Assembly (NCBI GenBank): GCA_964577565.1
Contig: CAZNZL010000002.1
Span: 88,650 to 152,649, forward strand
DNA length: 64,000 bases
From: an uncultured Candidatus Saccharibacteria bacterium
GTDB taxonomy: Bacteria; Patescibacteriota; Saccharimonadia; Saccharimonadales; JAGQNJ01
Direction: 5' to 3'
Shown: one piece after another, positions 28,253 through 37,800 of the stretch
Numbering within the stretch: the first letter of the stretch is position 1
How the letters are laid out: each line of letters opens with the position of its first letter
Program-made: the position numbers and the translations under genes
Notes under the pieces: generated by a model
Database searches by the model: none
What the model saw: the letters and a program-made list of their open reading frames with translations, nothing else
Told to the model about the DNA's origin: nothing

Positions 28253-28843
28253 TTGCGGGCGTGGTACAATACGCTTATGCAGCCAGACAACGATCAGCAA
28301 AATGATCAGCAAACGGGTCAATGGCAATTTGTACAAGAAGATTCGCCTCGTGATAGTGCAGCAACATCATCTGCGGCGGGTAGTGGTGAGTTTAAGTGGT
28401 CGGCGTCAGAGTTTGTGGCCTATCAGAAAAGCGGCGGCTGGTATATAGCAGTGTTTTTTGGCTTGATTGCCCTTTCGGTCATTATTTTTCTGCTTACCAA
28501 CAGAGACTACTTATCAGCAGGTTCAACCATTGTTATTGGTATATTATTTATGATTTATGCCTCGCGCCAACCGCGTGTGCTCAACTACCAAATTGATAGG
28601 TCAGGTGTGCGCATAGAAGAAAAATTATACCCATATGGCGTTTTGCGGTCTTTTGCGGTAATAGACGAGGGCAATATTCATTCCATTTCCCTACTACCCC
28701 TTAAGCGATTTATGCCCTCAATCAGGATGTATTTTGAACCAAAAGATGAAACAACCATTATTGAGGTGCTTGGTAACTACCTACCCAAAGAAGATAAAGA
28801 CCAAGACATGGTTGACCGCTTTATGCACAAAATCCGCTTTTAA
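28253..28843 (+). CDS. Membrane protein, hypothetical (Q/D-rich N-terminus, two TM helices)
   Basis: TM helices WYIAVFFGLIALSVIIFLL and STIVIGILFMIYA. Adjacent to the preceding membrane protein gene with a 2-nt gap. Confidence 0.45.
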   Translation: MRAWYNTLMQPDNDQQNDQQTGQWQFVQEDSPRDSAATSSAAGSGEFKWSASEFVAYQKSGGWYIAVFFGLIALSVIIFLLTNRDYLSAGSTIVIGILFMIYASRQPRVLNYQIDRSGVRIEEKLYPYGVLRSFAVIDEGNIHSISLLPLKRFMPSIRMYFEPKDETTIIEVLGNYLPKEDKDQDMVDRFMHKIRF

Positions 28844-28860
28844 AAACGGAGTGTTTCTTC

Positions 28861-28951
<91 letters not shown>

Positions 28952-28969
28952 GTTGTTGATTGTATCAAA

Positions 28970-30358
28970 TTATCGCAGTTTTACTGGTACTTCTGTCGGG
29001 TAGATGCCATTCATACAGGCCATACATAGCTTACCAGCCATGGCGCTTAGGGCTCGTTGCAAGTTGCTTTCGGTCAGAAAATCAATGGAGTCAACCCCTA
29101 ACTCATTTTTCATGCCTTCACGATCCAAACGATTCGCAAGCAGATCAGCAGGGTTACCGGTATCCATACCATAAAAACACGGCCATTTATATGGAGGAGA
29201 AGATATTTTTAAATGTACTTCACTTGCCCCTGCTGCTCGTAACATGCCTACGAAGGCCTTCATAGTGGTGCCCCGAACAATTGAATCGTCAACTACGACG
29301 AGTCGCTTATCTGCAATAATGCTGCTTAAAGGATTTAGCTTTAGTCTGACCGCTGAATCTCGTTCCATTTGATCTTCTTTAATAAAGGTGCGGGTTATAT
29401 ACCGGTTTTTTTCTATACCCAGTTCAAACGGAATACCACTAGCTTGGGCAAAGCCTAAGCCGGCGTACGTGCCTGAGTCGGGGACGCCAAGCACCATATC
29501 TGCATCAGGGATGTCTTGCTCTGCTAATAGGCGTCCCATCTCTTTGCGAGCTGAAGCAACGCTAATTTCGCTAATCTCAGAACTTGGTCGGGCAAAATAG
29601 ACATATTCGAAAGCACACGTTTTTTGATCGCTTTCGGCGTACATGTCTGACCAAACACCGGCTGGCCCGATAGAGATAATCTCCCCTGGTAGAATTTGTC
29701 GGTCGTGAGTTGCACCAACTTGATTTAAAGCTGCCGTTTCACTGGCTACTACATACCCTCGACCATCCTTATATACGCCTATTTCAAGCGGACGAAAACC
29801 ATGACGGTCTCTAAAGGCAATTAACCTGTCTTCAGTCATGACAACTACCGAATAGGCGCCATCCGTACGCGCCGTCACCCGAGCAATCGCTGCCTCTAGT
29901 TCCTCATCTTCTTTCCATTCGCAAGCTATCTCATTTACCAACCAGTCGGTATCGGTGCCAAAAGGATTATGCTCAAGTTCTATGTGCCCATTGTGTGCCA
30001 AAGCAAAATGACGGCCATCATTCTGGTTGTGGTAGATGGGTTGAGCCGCTTCAAAGCCAGATCCTTTTGTAGTGCCGTATCTGGTGTGAGAAATGGCGAT
30101 TTTACCTTCTTGCACAAACCCATTACGTACGTGCTTGGTCATCACTTCAGATACAAGTCCGCAGCCTTTCGCGCCGCTAATGCCCTCCTCTTCTGATGCG
30201 ACCATAAAACCAGCTGCATCCTGGCCACGGTGTTGCAATGCCTCAGCACCTAAATAGGCAATTTTAACGACATCTTCACCAGGAGCGTATACCCCAAATA
30301 CGCCGCACGCCTCGCGTGGCTTATCTGCTTCGTAGTCTGGCAGCAAGAGTTCGCCCAT
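28970..30358 (-). CDS. purF: Amidophosphoribosyltransferase (glutamine-PRPP amidotransferase)
   Basis: N-terminal nucleophile context (CGVFGVYAP), Ntn glutaminase domain, and a C-terminal PRTase motif (LVVVDDSIVRGTT). Confidence 0.8.
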   Translation of the reverse strand: MGELLLPDYEADKPREACGVFGVYAPGEDVVKIAYLGAEALQHRGQDAAGFMVASEEEGISGAKGCGLVSEVMTKHVRNGFVQEGKIAISHTRYGTTKGSGFEAAQPIYHNQNDGRHFALAHNGHIELEHNPFGTDTDWLVNEIACEWKEDEELEAAIARVTARTDGAYSVVVMTEDRLIAFRDRHGFRPLEIGVYKDGRGYVVASETAALNQVGATHDRQILPGEIISIGPAGVWSDMYAESDQKTCAFEYVYFARPSSEISEISVASARKEMGRLLAEQDIPDADMVLGVPDSGTYAGLGFAQASGIPFELGIEKNRYITRTFIKEDQMERDSAVRLKLNPLSSIIADKRLVVVDDSIVRGTTMKAFVGMLRAAGASEVHLKISSPPYKWPCFYGMDTGNPADLLANRLDREGMKNELGVDSIDFLTESNLQRALSAMAGKLCMACMNGIYPTEVPVKLR

Positions 30359-30471
30359 TTATTTGTAGTATAAAAGTGCATAATCATATGCGCAATTAAA
30401 TAGTGTTGTCAAATTATAAGATTAGCCACTAGTATTACCTCTGTAAATGTGGTACTATATCCTAGTTCTTT

Positions 30472-32136
30472 TTAAAGGAAGAAGCGACCAGAGCGTGAAA
30501 GAAAATTAAACTTGGTTTTCTGTAGGGCGACCGTTGATTCTGACGTGCACCCGTAGTTCAGCTGGATAGAACGTCGGCTTGCGGAGCCGGAGGTCACAGG
30601 TTCGAATCCTGTCGGGTGTACCATATCGCTAATTTGAGTCGTTTTTGAACGGCTCATTTTTACTTTTAAAGAGTAAATCTCACTAACTTTAGGGGTGTAA
30701 ACTTTTTCGGCTGACTCAAACATTACTCTGTCTTTAAACAACAATTGTTTACACTCCCAGAATGTTGTACCCTGTAACGTCCACCAGTTTTGTCTTATAT
30801 GCTCGGCAAAGTCGATAGCAAACTTGGAGAACTCTATAAAATCTTCATCAACACTACTGGCTTGTACTATCTGTTTCCCAACATCTTCTATCTCCAGTTT
30901 TATCCTATCAATCTCAGGCTTTATATCCTCAGCTAGGTCAGGATTGAGGCTTAGACTTAGCACCAAGCTGCTTTTCTTTGACAGTAGTTCGTCCTTAAGG
31001 TTTCTCAGGTTCTTGGCTCGTTCTAAGCGGTAAACTTCTTCCTCTTTCCATACAAATTCAAGGGCGGATTTAAGGTCCGCCCTGGTATCGTCCGTCATCT
31101 CTAAATCGTCTAGAACATCGTTGATAGCCTTGTGCATTGTGTCTCGTGGGTAAGCCTTTTTGCACACCCTACAATGATAGTCGTTCCGCACCCAGCCTTT
31201 ACCGTTTTTGTGTACGCCGCCAGTAAATCTGCCCTCGTGTTTAGCATCTAAGCAATTGGCGTGATTAATAATGTTCTTTAAGGGAAACTCGGGGTTAAAC
31301 TGTTTCTTGCGTGTCTTCTTACGACCAGAAACAATTGCAACATTACGTTCGTATTCTTCGGGACTTATCATAGCCTCGCGTAGGCCTTTAGCTTCGGGCC
31401 AACCCTCTTTGATGAATATCCTGCCACAGTAATATGAGTCCAGCACAATAAGGTGAAAACGCTGCATATCTATTTTATTGCCTTGTGCAGTAGTGAATCC
31501 GCTGTCAAGCAGCCATCTCAGGGCTTCTGCTTCGGTCATAGCAAGCCTAGATATAGCTTTAAGTGCCGTTTGTAGCAATTTAAAACGGTTGCCTCTATCG
31601 TCTCGAACGTGAAGTCCTGCAACAGTGCCTTTCCTATAACCTAGATGTGGGTAGAACGGATAATAGCCATCAGCAACACGTTCTTTCATCTTGGTTGTAA
31701 CCGTAAGTATGCGTTCTTCGTTTTCTACTTCTGCATCATAGCTACCACGAGCCAATTCATACGACGCTTCGGCGGTATCGCCGTTGTATTTATGCTGGGA
31801 TGGGTCGCAGAAGATTAGCTTAACACCAAGCTGCTTAAACAAAACCTTAAAGTAGAACACCATATCAAGCTCACGCATAAAACGGCTTACCTTATCAACG
31901 AGTAAAAATTGTATGCCTTTGTTGTGCTTGCAGTAGGACAGGGCTTCTAGTAAGTCTTTCCGCCTCAGGTTTTTACCCTTTTTGCTAGAGGTTGCCATAG
32001 CCCACTCGTGAACAATTTCGGCTTCTAACTCATCAGCCATCTTGTTTACGCTAGATTGCTGTTGCTTCAAACTGTGATTGTTATCTTTTTGCTTCTTAGA
32101 TGAAACTCGCCTTATGGCGATTGCCTTTGCTTTCAT
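30472..32136 (-). CDS. Large serine recombinase (resolvase catalytic domain + recombinase domain + zinc ribbon), probable integrase of a tRNA-Arg-linked element
   Basis: N-terminal AIAIRRVSSKKQ...SLKQQ and LLVDKVSRFMREL...GVKLIF match the resolvase catalytic domain. CRVCKKAY is a zinc-ribbon. The C-terminal ~50 codons read through the tRNA-Arg in antisense (TGFEPVTSGS), so the annotated C-terminus may be artificially extended. Confidence 0.7.
   Translation of the reverse strand: MKAKAIAIRRVSSKKQKDNNHSLKQQQSSVNKMADELEAEIVHEWAMATSSKKGKNLRRKDLLEALSYCKHNKGIQFLLVDKVSRFMRELDMVFYFKVLFKQLGVKLIFCDPSQHKYNGDTAEASYELARGSYDAEVENEERILTVTTKMKERVADGYYPFYPHLGYRKGTVAGLHVRDDRGNRFKLLQTALKAISRLAMTEAEALRWLLDSGFTTAQGNKIDMQRFHLIVLDSYYCGRIFIKEGWPEAKGLREAMISPEEYERNVAIVSGRKKTRKKQFNPEFPLKNIINHANCLDAKHEGRFTGGVHKNGKGWVRNDYHCRVCKKAYPRDTMHKAINDVLDDLEMTDDTRADLKSALEFVWKEEEVYRLERAKNLRNLKDELLSKKSSLVLSLSLNPDLAEDIKPEIDRIKLEIEDVGKQIVQASSVDEDFIEFSKFAIDFAEHIRQNWWTLQGTTFWECKQLLFKDRVMFESAEKVYTPKVSEIYSLKVKMSRSKTTQISDMVHPTGFEPVTSGSASRRSIQLNYGCTSESTVALQKTKFNFLSRSGRFFL
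30547..30623 (+). tRNA. tRNA-Arg (anticodon read as GCG)
   Basis: GCACCCGTAGTTCAGCTGGATAGAACGTCGGCTTGCGGAGCCGGAGGTCACAGGTTCGAATCCTGTCGGGTGTACCA. The anticodon loop TTGCGGA gives GCG by my hand fold, which should be verified. Confidence 0.75.
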
Positions 32137-32744
32137 GGTTCATTGTTCCTTTTAACCAAAAAGCAGCCCTTTGGGTAAGCCAGTGGAATGGCAAAGGACT
32201 GCTCTTTGAAATCGATTACTAATTAACCACTATATTACCCAGTTATGAATTGTGATTGCCTCACTGAGGCATTGCAACTTTTCTATTTCATTTTATAAAT
32301 GGCATAGAGAAACTTAGCCCAATCAAGTGCTTCCGCGGACGGCTTCCTGGTCTTTGTTTGTTTCTCGGCCAATTGAAAAACAACCCTTTCTTAACCCGAT
32401 ACCAACGTCATTATTTGAATAATTTGCGTGCTTTACGTTGAATCGAATTAGGGTTGTTCTATAGGCTTACCTTGTTTACTTTACTGCCTATAATGATACC
32501 AAATTTAGAGGGCTAAATCAAGCGTACTACCCCCGTTATTTAGTTCATAGATAAACATAAAGTTATGTGGTTATTCCGCAATAATACGCACTCGTATCTT
32601 TTACTTATGAGTAAAGTTTTTTCAGAAATACGGTCCGAATAGGGTTGCTTGAATGGTACATTGATTGGTTCGAATATTTGTAAGGCTTTTGGTAGTTACT
32701 TTCTCTGTTTAACTTTTTGCATAATATTCTGATATATTAGAGCC

Positions 32745-33164
32745 ATGGTTGAGTTGTTTAATACTCCTTTGAGTTCGCCTGTTTACATAGGGCTTCTCGT
32801 TGTTTACTTTATTTGTGAATCAATATCAACGTTTGATACCAGAATCATACAGGCTAAGAAAAACGGATTTCTAAGAGAAGATGAAGCATTTGTCCCTCAA
32901 TGGACAGGCATATTTGCAATTCTTGGCTGGCTTTCTTTTCTTGGTCTGATACTCCTCAACTGGAAAATTGCGATAGCTGTCTTTATCATTAAGTTCATTC
33001 TAAAAGTTGCACCTGTGCTAGAAAATATCGGTGCGTTACTGCTACTTCCTGTAGTTGGTAAAGAAACTGCTTCAGCGGTTAATGTTATGAGTAGAGAACA
33101 GAATAAGGCCGCCAAGTCATTGAAAGCAATGTCCAAAGCGGCTAAAGACAAAAGAGCACCTTAG
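32745..33164 (+). CDS. Small membrane protein, hypothetical (element cargo)
   Basis: Three hydrophobic helices (VYIGLLVVYFICESIS; IFAILGWLSFLGLILLNW; IAVFIIKFILKV). Confidence 0.4.
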   Translation: MVELFNTPLSSPVYIGLLVVYFICESISTFDTRIIQAKKNGFLREDEAFVPQWTGIFAILGWLSFLGLILLNWKIAIAVFIIKFILKVAPVLENIGALLLLPVVGKETASAVNVMSREQNKAAKSLKAMSKAAKDKRAP

Positions 33165-33391
33165 ACTTCATAAATCTGTTTGTATTCAAAGATACGTCAA
33201 TAATTTGGGTGTATGCCTGCAAAATGGCCTAGGTGGCTTGGATTATTTAAATAATCCTGTAAGGTCGTCTAAGGAACTACGAGCTTCAATTTCTATCTGT
33301 TAAATCAGTGATTTTAATGAAAGCAAAGCACTGGTTTAACGACGCCTCTGTGAGCTATTTTGAGCGTGTTTGACAGGTTTTAGCTGCTTAG

Positions 33392-34561
33392 TTGTTAATA
33401 TGTATTTATGAGGGAGCTACTTTAGTGCAACGCGAGTATAGCGTAAACGATTCAACGTACGGACATTTTATGTTCAAAGGTATAAATGTTCTTGAACATA
33501 ATGTAGACGAAGAATTCAATAACATTTATCATACGCTTGCATATTCAGTTTGGGCCAATATCCCTGGGGATACGGGCAGATTGTTTTCTAACGATTTTGT
33601 TGCTAAGAGTGTGGACTATTTTTCGACTAGGACAGATAATGGCCAAGCAGTTTCTGACGGTGATAAATATATTGAAAATCTAACGATTATTCCCAACAGG
33701 TTCAAGGATGCTGGTAATGTAAAAGCTAGTTTTATATCTTGGCTGAAAATTCTTGAGCTTCTAAAAAATATTGAAGACAGATCTGGCAGCAAAATTCATA
33801 AAGGTACTGCGTTCTATTTTGCCGCTGGCGATGCAATTGAATCAAATGATTTTGAGTCCGGCATGATTATGATGCATCTGGCATTGAACGAAGACATTGC
33901 AAATAATCCAGACTGGGAAAGTACACCTGCACACGCATTTATGACAGTAAACCCTGAGAATGTCGGGCAATATCACAAGCCCCTCGTAGATGAAATGTCT
34001 AACTTAATAAAGAGACGACTAACCGAAGACCAAAAGAGTTATAAAAATTCTAGAAATGGCAATCTTGTTTATGATGATTTTAGGTCAAAATTTCTAAACA
34101 ACACAAACAAGGTCCAAACTTCAGCCAGATACTATTTTGTGTATAGCCTGCTTCGATTCTGGCACATGCGAAAAATTCATAAAGCACGTGTAACTGATGA
34201 CGTAATAGCTCCTTTGGTTTTTGGTAATTTGGTTGGTTCACTAACTCTTGTTGTTGAAACCTTATTGAGGGGAATTGTTCCTGCACCAACTAGGCCGTCG
34301 ATGGCTACAATTCTGCAATCGTTAAACATGGGAATTGATATTGGTTCACTCCAAGCAGAGACTGAAGCAAATGGATTTGACGCAACAATCAATTCTCTTA
34401 TTAGCGACGATTCAATAGAAAGTGACTTCAAAATTGCTTACCTTTGCAGAAACCAGGCCTTTCATGTATTGGAAAATGAGAACGTATACAACCAGCATTA
34501 TATTGAAATCACTCAGTCAATTTTTAATTGTATATTTTATACAGTCGAGAACCATCATTAA
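33392..34561 (+). CDS. Hypothetical protein (389 aa), element cargo
   Basis: Long ORF with no motif I recognize. Confidence 0.4.
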   Translation: MLICIYEGATLVQREYSVNDSTYGHFMFKGINVLEHNVDEEFNNIYHTLAYSVWANIPGDTGRLFSNDFVAKSVDYFSTRTDNGQAVSDGDKYIENLTIIPNRFKDAGNVKASFISWLKILELLKNIEDRSGSKIHKGTAFYFAAGDAIESNDFESGMIMMHLALNEDIANNPDWESTPAHAFMTVNPENVGQYHKPLVDEMSNLIKRRLTEDQKSYKNSRNGNLVYDDFRSKFLNNTNKVQTSARYYFVYSLLRFWHMRKIHKARVTDDVIAPLVFGNLVGSLTLVVETLLRGIVPAPTRPSMATILQSLNMGIDIGSLQAETEANGFDATINSLISDDSIESDFKIAYLCRNQAFHVLENENVYNQHYIEITQSIFNCIFYTVENHH

Positions 34562-35484
34562 GGAAAAGTATGGCAAGGCCAAACAAGAAACAGCATAAAG
34601 TTCCGAAGTCATACATGGAGCCATTTACAGACAAAAATGGCCTTGTATGGGTCGCAGATAAGAATCTAAGGCTCTATCAGGAAAAGCCTAAAAATATTTT
34701 GACTGAGAACGATTACTACACAGTTCGATTTCCTAGTGGTGGCGGAACATTGGCAATTGAAACTAAGTTTTTGGGTGGGATTGAGGCAAGCTATGCGGCA
34801 ATTTATAAAAACAAAATATCTAAGCATGAACTGTTGTCTGACGAAGAAAGGGCGATAGTTGCTATCTTTATTGCTTCAATGCTGGAACGAAGCCCACGCA
34901 GGCGAGAGGCAATCCAAGATATGTTTGACCAGGTAAAGAATATAACGGAAAAGATGCGAGCATCAGTAGCTGCTATGACACCTGAGCAAAGAAAAGTATT
35001 TGAGAGTCAGTCAAAACTAATTGGTGGCAATCCAGATAATTCAATCCCAGCTGATGAATTCTTAAAAGCAGGTGAAGATGTTGGTTCATTCCATAGTTCT
35101 GGAATACCAGAAAGCGTAGCAGTTACTGCACCACTAATTTATGAAATGAAATGGGCGTTTTTGATTCGACCCAAGGAATCAGAACCATTTATAACTTCAG
35201 ATAGTCCATGCACCTTTGATATTCCAACTTTACCGCCAAAATCAATATTCGGAGGGCTGGGCCATAAAGATGTTGAGGTAAGTATGGCAATGTCGCCCGA
35301 TATTGCGATTTTGTGCGGCTATCAAATGGAACAAGATTGGGGCTATATGCCCGCCAAAGAGTCAGAAGTACAGGAAATTAACAGAAGAATAAGGAGGAGG
35401 AGCGAGACGCTTGTAAGCAACGACAAACTACTCCTAGAAAGACAAATTGAGAGAATCAAGTCACTTATTAATCAAAAACCTTAA
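34528..35484 (+). CDS. Hypothetical protein, possibly DUF4238-like
   Basis: The N-terminus KKQHKVPKSYMEPFTD resembles the HxVPxxYLxxF start of DUF4238 proteins, which are common in defence and mobile islands. This is a weak call. Confidence 0.35.
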   Translation: MYILYSREPSLRKSMARPNKKQHKVPKSYMEPFTDKNGLVWVADKNLRLYQEKPKNILTENDYYTVRFPSGGGTLAIETKFLGGIEASYAAIYKNKISKHELLSDEERAIVAIFIASMLERSPRRREAIQDMFDQVKNITEKMRASVAAMTPEQRKVFESQSKLIGGNPDNSIPADEFLKAGEDVGSFHSSGIPESVAVTAPLIYEMKWAFLIRPKESEPFITSDSPCTFDIPTLPPKSIFGGLGHKDVEVSMAMSPDIAILCGYQMEQDWGYMPAKESEVQEINRRIRRRSETLVSNDKLLLERQIERIKSLINQKP

Positions 35485-35690
35485 CTGCATTATTTAAATA
35501 ATTTTGCCTTTAATCAGGGTTGCTTAGGGTTAATAGGTGTTTAGGTCTTTATAGACTAAGGGTTCTATGCCCCCCGGGCTATAACTACTATACTTACCGG
35601 TGCTCTTATATGAGTGATACTCACCAGCGATGATACTTCGCCATCTCTGTAACTCTAGGGTAAGCGGGTGTAAATTTTCACACAGGTAGA

Positions 35691-35733
35691 GTACCACGAA
35701 AGGAGCCAGGTTTTATCCTGGCTTTTTTCGTGG
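35691..35733. repeat. Hairpin module A, copy 1 (GTACCACGAAAGGAGCCAGG-ttttat-CCTGGCTTTTTTCGTGG)
   Basis: Seen directly in the sequence. A near-identical copy lies at 37818-37860. Confidence 0.7.
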
Positions 35734-35853
35734 CTGTTCTGACATGATTCTGGTTCTGTGACAGAGATTTTGCGTAAGCAAAATATCGTAGTCACGGGTT
35801 CGCTCATGAGGAACTATCGCATCCGCCAGCTGGCGGAGAGAAAGTGACGAAAT

Positions 35854-35878
35854 GTTGTCATCCTGCCTTGGTGTACCA
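35854..35878. mobile_element. attR-like degenerate copy of the tRNA-Arg 3' end
   Basis: GTTGTCATCCTGCCTTGGTGTACCA compared with tRNA-Arg 3' end GGTTCGAATCCTGTCGGGTGTACCA is about 17/20 identical with one indel over the 3'-most 20 nt, ending in the identical GGTGTACCA. Confidence 0.5.
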
Positions 35879-35965
35879 GAGTGGAATTACAGATAGGGAT
35901 TGAAATCGTTTTCAATCTCTTTTTTGTTGGATATTTCTTAACACCTTGGAATGAGTTTGAATCCC
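35871..35965 (+). repeat. Cassette-boundary module B, copy 1 (GTGTACCA core + terminator-like hairpin + promoter-like segment)
   Basis: GTGTACCAgagtggaattACAGATAGgGATTGAAatcgtTTTCAATCTCTTTTTTGTTGGAtATTTCTTAACACCTTgGAAT...GAATCCC. The hairpin at 35898-35917 is followed by a T-run. Confidence 0.7.
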
Positions 35966-36021
35966 GTTTGGTGTTTTGCTTGTGCTTGGGATTGAAGTCA
36001 CAATCACCTAAGATTAGATTT

Positions 36022-36402
36022 ATGGCGCTGGAAGATTTATCAGGATTAGTTCAAAGGCTACGTGAAGAAGGCATCAGAACCGAAAGGCTTGATGACTGGC
36101 AGAATAAAGGTCTGCTTGGGATAATGCTCGGTACAGAAAGCGGAGCTTACTATATCGTGGAGCCGGTAGGTAATCCAAGTTTAGTCACAAGGCTTTCCGA
36201 AGCACCCCCATATTATGGTGAATACAGAATGCCTGCTACAGAGGCGATGGTGCGAAGACAAGGAAATCCCGATAGAAGATTGGAATTAGGAAATCCTATG
36301 AATATATTAGGACTTTCAAGAAAAGGTCCAGAGTTTGACCCTGACTCACTATATACAACCACTCCCCTAGTTGAAATTACTTACCTGGAAGCTGCCGGCT
36401 AA
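36022..36402 (+). CDS. Hypothetical cassette protein
   Basis: The ORF track starts at 35881, but residues 1-47 are translated repeat sequence. Start reassigned to MALEDLSG at 36022. The stop TAA at 36400-36402 abuts module B copy 2. Confidence 0.45.
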   Translation: MALEDLSGLVQRLREEGIRTERLDDWQNKGLLGIMLGTESGAYYIVEPVGNPSLVTRLSEAPPYYGEYRMPATEAMVRRQGNPDRRLELGNPMNILGLSRKGPEFDPDSLYTTTPLVEITYLEAAG

Positions 36403-36522
36403 AATTGTTTGAACTTCGTGTACTACCGTGTACCATTTGGTAATTACAGATAGAGATTGAAGTCGCTTTCAATCTCTTTTTAGTTGGACAATTTTAAACA
36501 CCTTAGAATAAGTATGAATCCC
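36403..36522 (+). repeat. Cassette-boundary module B, copy 2
   Basis: aaTTGTTTGAACTTCGTGTACTACCGTGTACCAtttggtaattACAGATAGAGATTGAAGTCGCTTTCAATCTCTTTTTAGTTGGACAATTTTAAACACCTTAGAATaagtaTGAATCCC. It begins immediately after the stop codon. The hairpin at 36455-36474 is followed by a T-run. Confidence 0.75.
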
Positions 36523-36589
36523 ATATATCATCTTGCTTATGCTTGCGCTGCTCGACCCTCATCGTTACTATAGATTTAAGGAGATTTCT

Positions 36590-36967
36590 ATGTCTGGTGA
36601 AAAAATTGGTCAAGAAGCTGATTTGTTAGCTCAGAAAGAACTGTGGGCGCAGTCTATGGCAGACCTAGTTACTACTGAAAGAGGGATAGATGAGGAAACG
36701 GCACTTTCAGCAGCTCGCTGGGCTTGCTTGTGGGTGGATGACTATAAAACTCTAATGGCTGCGCAACCACCAGCTAATTTAGATGAAGTCAAAGCTCACC
36801 TCGAAACCGCAAGAGTAAGCTCACTAGAGAGAAGCACTGGTTTGACGCGTTACCCTACGGGAGTACCTACATTGCGCGCGATTATTGCAGCACAAGATGT
36901 ATTTTGCTGGGCTTTTGGGGATGAAGCAGAAGATGTCAGGCAGCTGCTTGATACTCAGCCAGAATAG
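36590..36967 (+). CDS. Hypothetical cassette protein
   Basis: The ORF track starts at 36533 inside the repeat. Start reassigned to the ATG at 36590, which is preceded by AAGGAG (MSGEKIGQEADLLAQKE...). The stop TAG at 36965-36967 abuts module B copy 3. Confidence 0.5.
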   Translation: MSGEKIGQEADLLAQKELWAQSMADLVTTERGIDEETALSAARWACLWVDDYKTLMAAQPPANLDEVKAHLETARVSSLERSTGLTRYPTGVPTLRAIIAAQDVFCWAFGDEAEDVRQLLDTQPE

Positions 36968-37080
36968 TTTGAACTTCGTGTACTACCGTGTACCATAGTG
37001 AAACTACAGATAGAGATGAAGCACATTTCAGTTTCTTTTTTGATGGATATTTCTTAACACCTTAGAATCCATTTGAACCC
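36968..37080 (+). repeat. Cassette-boundary module B, copy 3 (hairpin partly degenerate)
   Basis: TTTGAACTTCGTGTACTACCGTGTACCAtagtgaaactACAGATAGAGATGAAGcacaTTTCAgTTTCTTTTTTGATGGATATTTCTTAACACCTTAGAATccaTTTGAACCC. Confidence 0.75.
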
Positions 37081-37135
37081 TGTTAAGTGTTTTTCATTAC
37101 CTTATTGCATTTTGTAATGTATATGTGCTATAGTA

Positions 37136-37396
37136 ATGAATATGAAGAATACTATTACTATCACCAGCAAGGGGCAGGCAACCATTCCAGCTTCTTATCG
37201 TCGCAAACTAGGGGTAGGAGCAAACGGAGGCACTCTAGATATACGTTTTGATGAATCTAGGGGCGAACTTGTTATAGCAAAGCCATTAAGCGTAGAGGAG
37301 TTAAGCGAAAAATTAAGTGGTTATATAAAATCAGGGACAAAGCCTCTGGTTGATGTTGATGCTTATTACCAGAAGAATCGTGACGGTCGCAAATAA
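37136..37396 (+). CDS. AbrB/MazE/SpoVT-family antitoxin (VapB-like)
   Basis: TITSKGQATIPASYRRKLGV is a swapped-hairpin beta-barrel motif. The stop overlaps the start of the PIN gene (ATGA). Confidence 0.65.
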   Translation: MNMKNTITITSKGQATIPASYRRKLGVGANGGTLDIRFDESRGELVIAKPLSVEELSEKLSGYIKSGTKPLVDVDAYYQKNRDGRK

Positions 37397-37800
37397 TGAG
37401 ATTCGGCGGCTCATTAGACACGAATGCATTACTGAGGTTACTCTTGAATGACGTGGCCGAACAGCACAAGGCCATAAAAAAATTACTACGTGAGGCGAAG
37501 GGCCAGCTTGCGGTTGCCGACATTGCGATAATTGAATTGGTGTTCGTGCTTGAAAGATACTACGGCTTTTCCCGTCAACAAGTCAGCGAAGCTGTCACCG
37601 GACTTATGCTACTCCGAGAAATAAACTGCAACCGCCCGCTATTTGAAAAAACGCTACCCATTTATATAAGCCATTCTGCACTATCTTTTGAAGATTGCTG
37701 CCTGAGCACATACGCGATACTCAATCAGGCTGAACCCTTATGGACCTTTGATAAAAAGCTGGCTACTCAAGCGAACAGCGCCAAGCTAATTGCCGTTTGA
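37396..37800 (+). CDS. PIN-domain toxin (VapC-like)
   Basis: N-terminal acidic residue in LDTNALLRLL and further conserved acidic residues. The stop TGA lies inside the conserved GTTTGAACTT repeat start. Confidence 0.65.
   Translation: MRFGGSLDTNALLRLLLNDVAEQHKAIKKLLREAKGQLAVADIAIIELVFVLERYYGFSRQQVSEAVTGLMLLREINCNRPLFEKTLPIYISHSALSFEDCCLSTYAILNQAEPLWTFDKKLATQANSAKLIAV

Noticed and set aside
30472-30623. Possibility that the recombinase truly encodes its last ~50 residues across the tRNA-Arg.
   Set aside because: It cannot be excluded, but the TGFEPVTSGS-type sequence is the classic antisense translation of a tRNA T-arm. The real C-terminus more likely ends earlier or is a junction artefact of integration.
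35871-37080. Possible CRISPR array, given the regularly spaced repeats.
   Set aside because: Repeat units are about 115 bp, not 24-48 bp. They are separated by 400-800 bp that contain real ORFs with RBSs, and they contain terminator and promoter-like parts. No cas genes are present.
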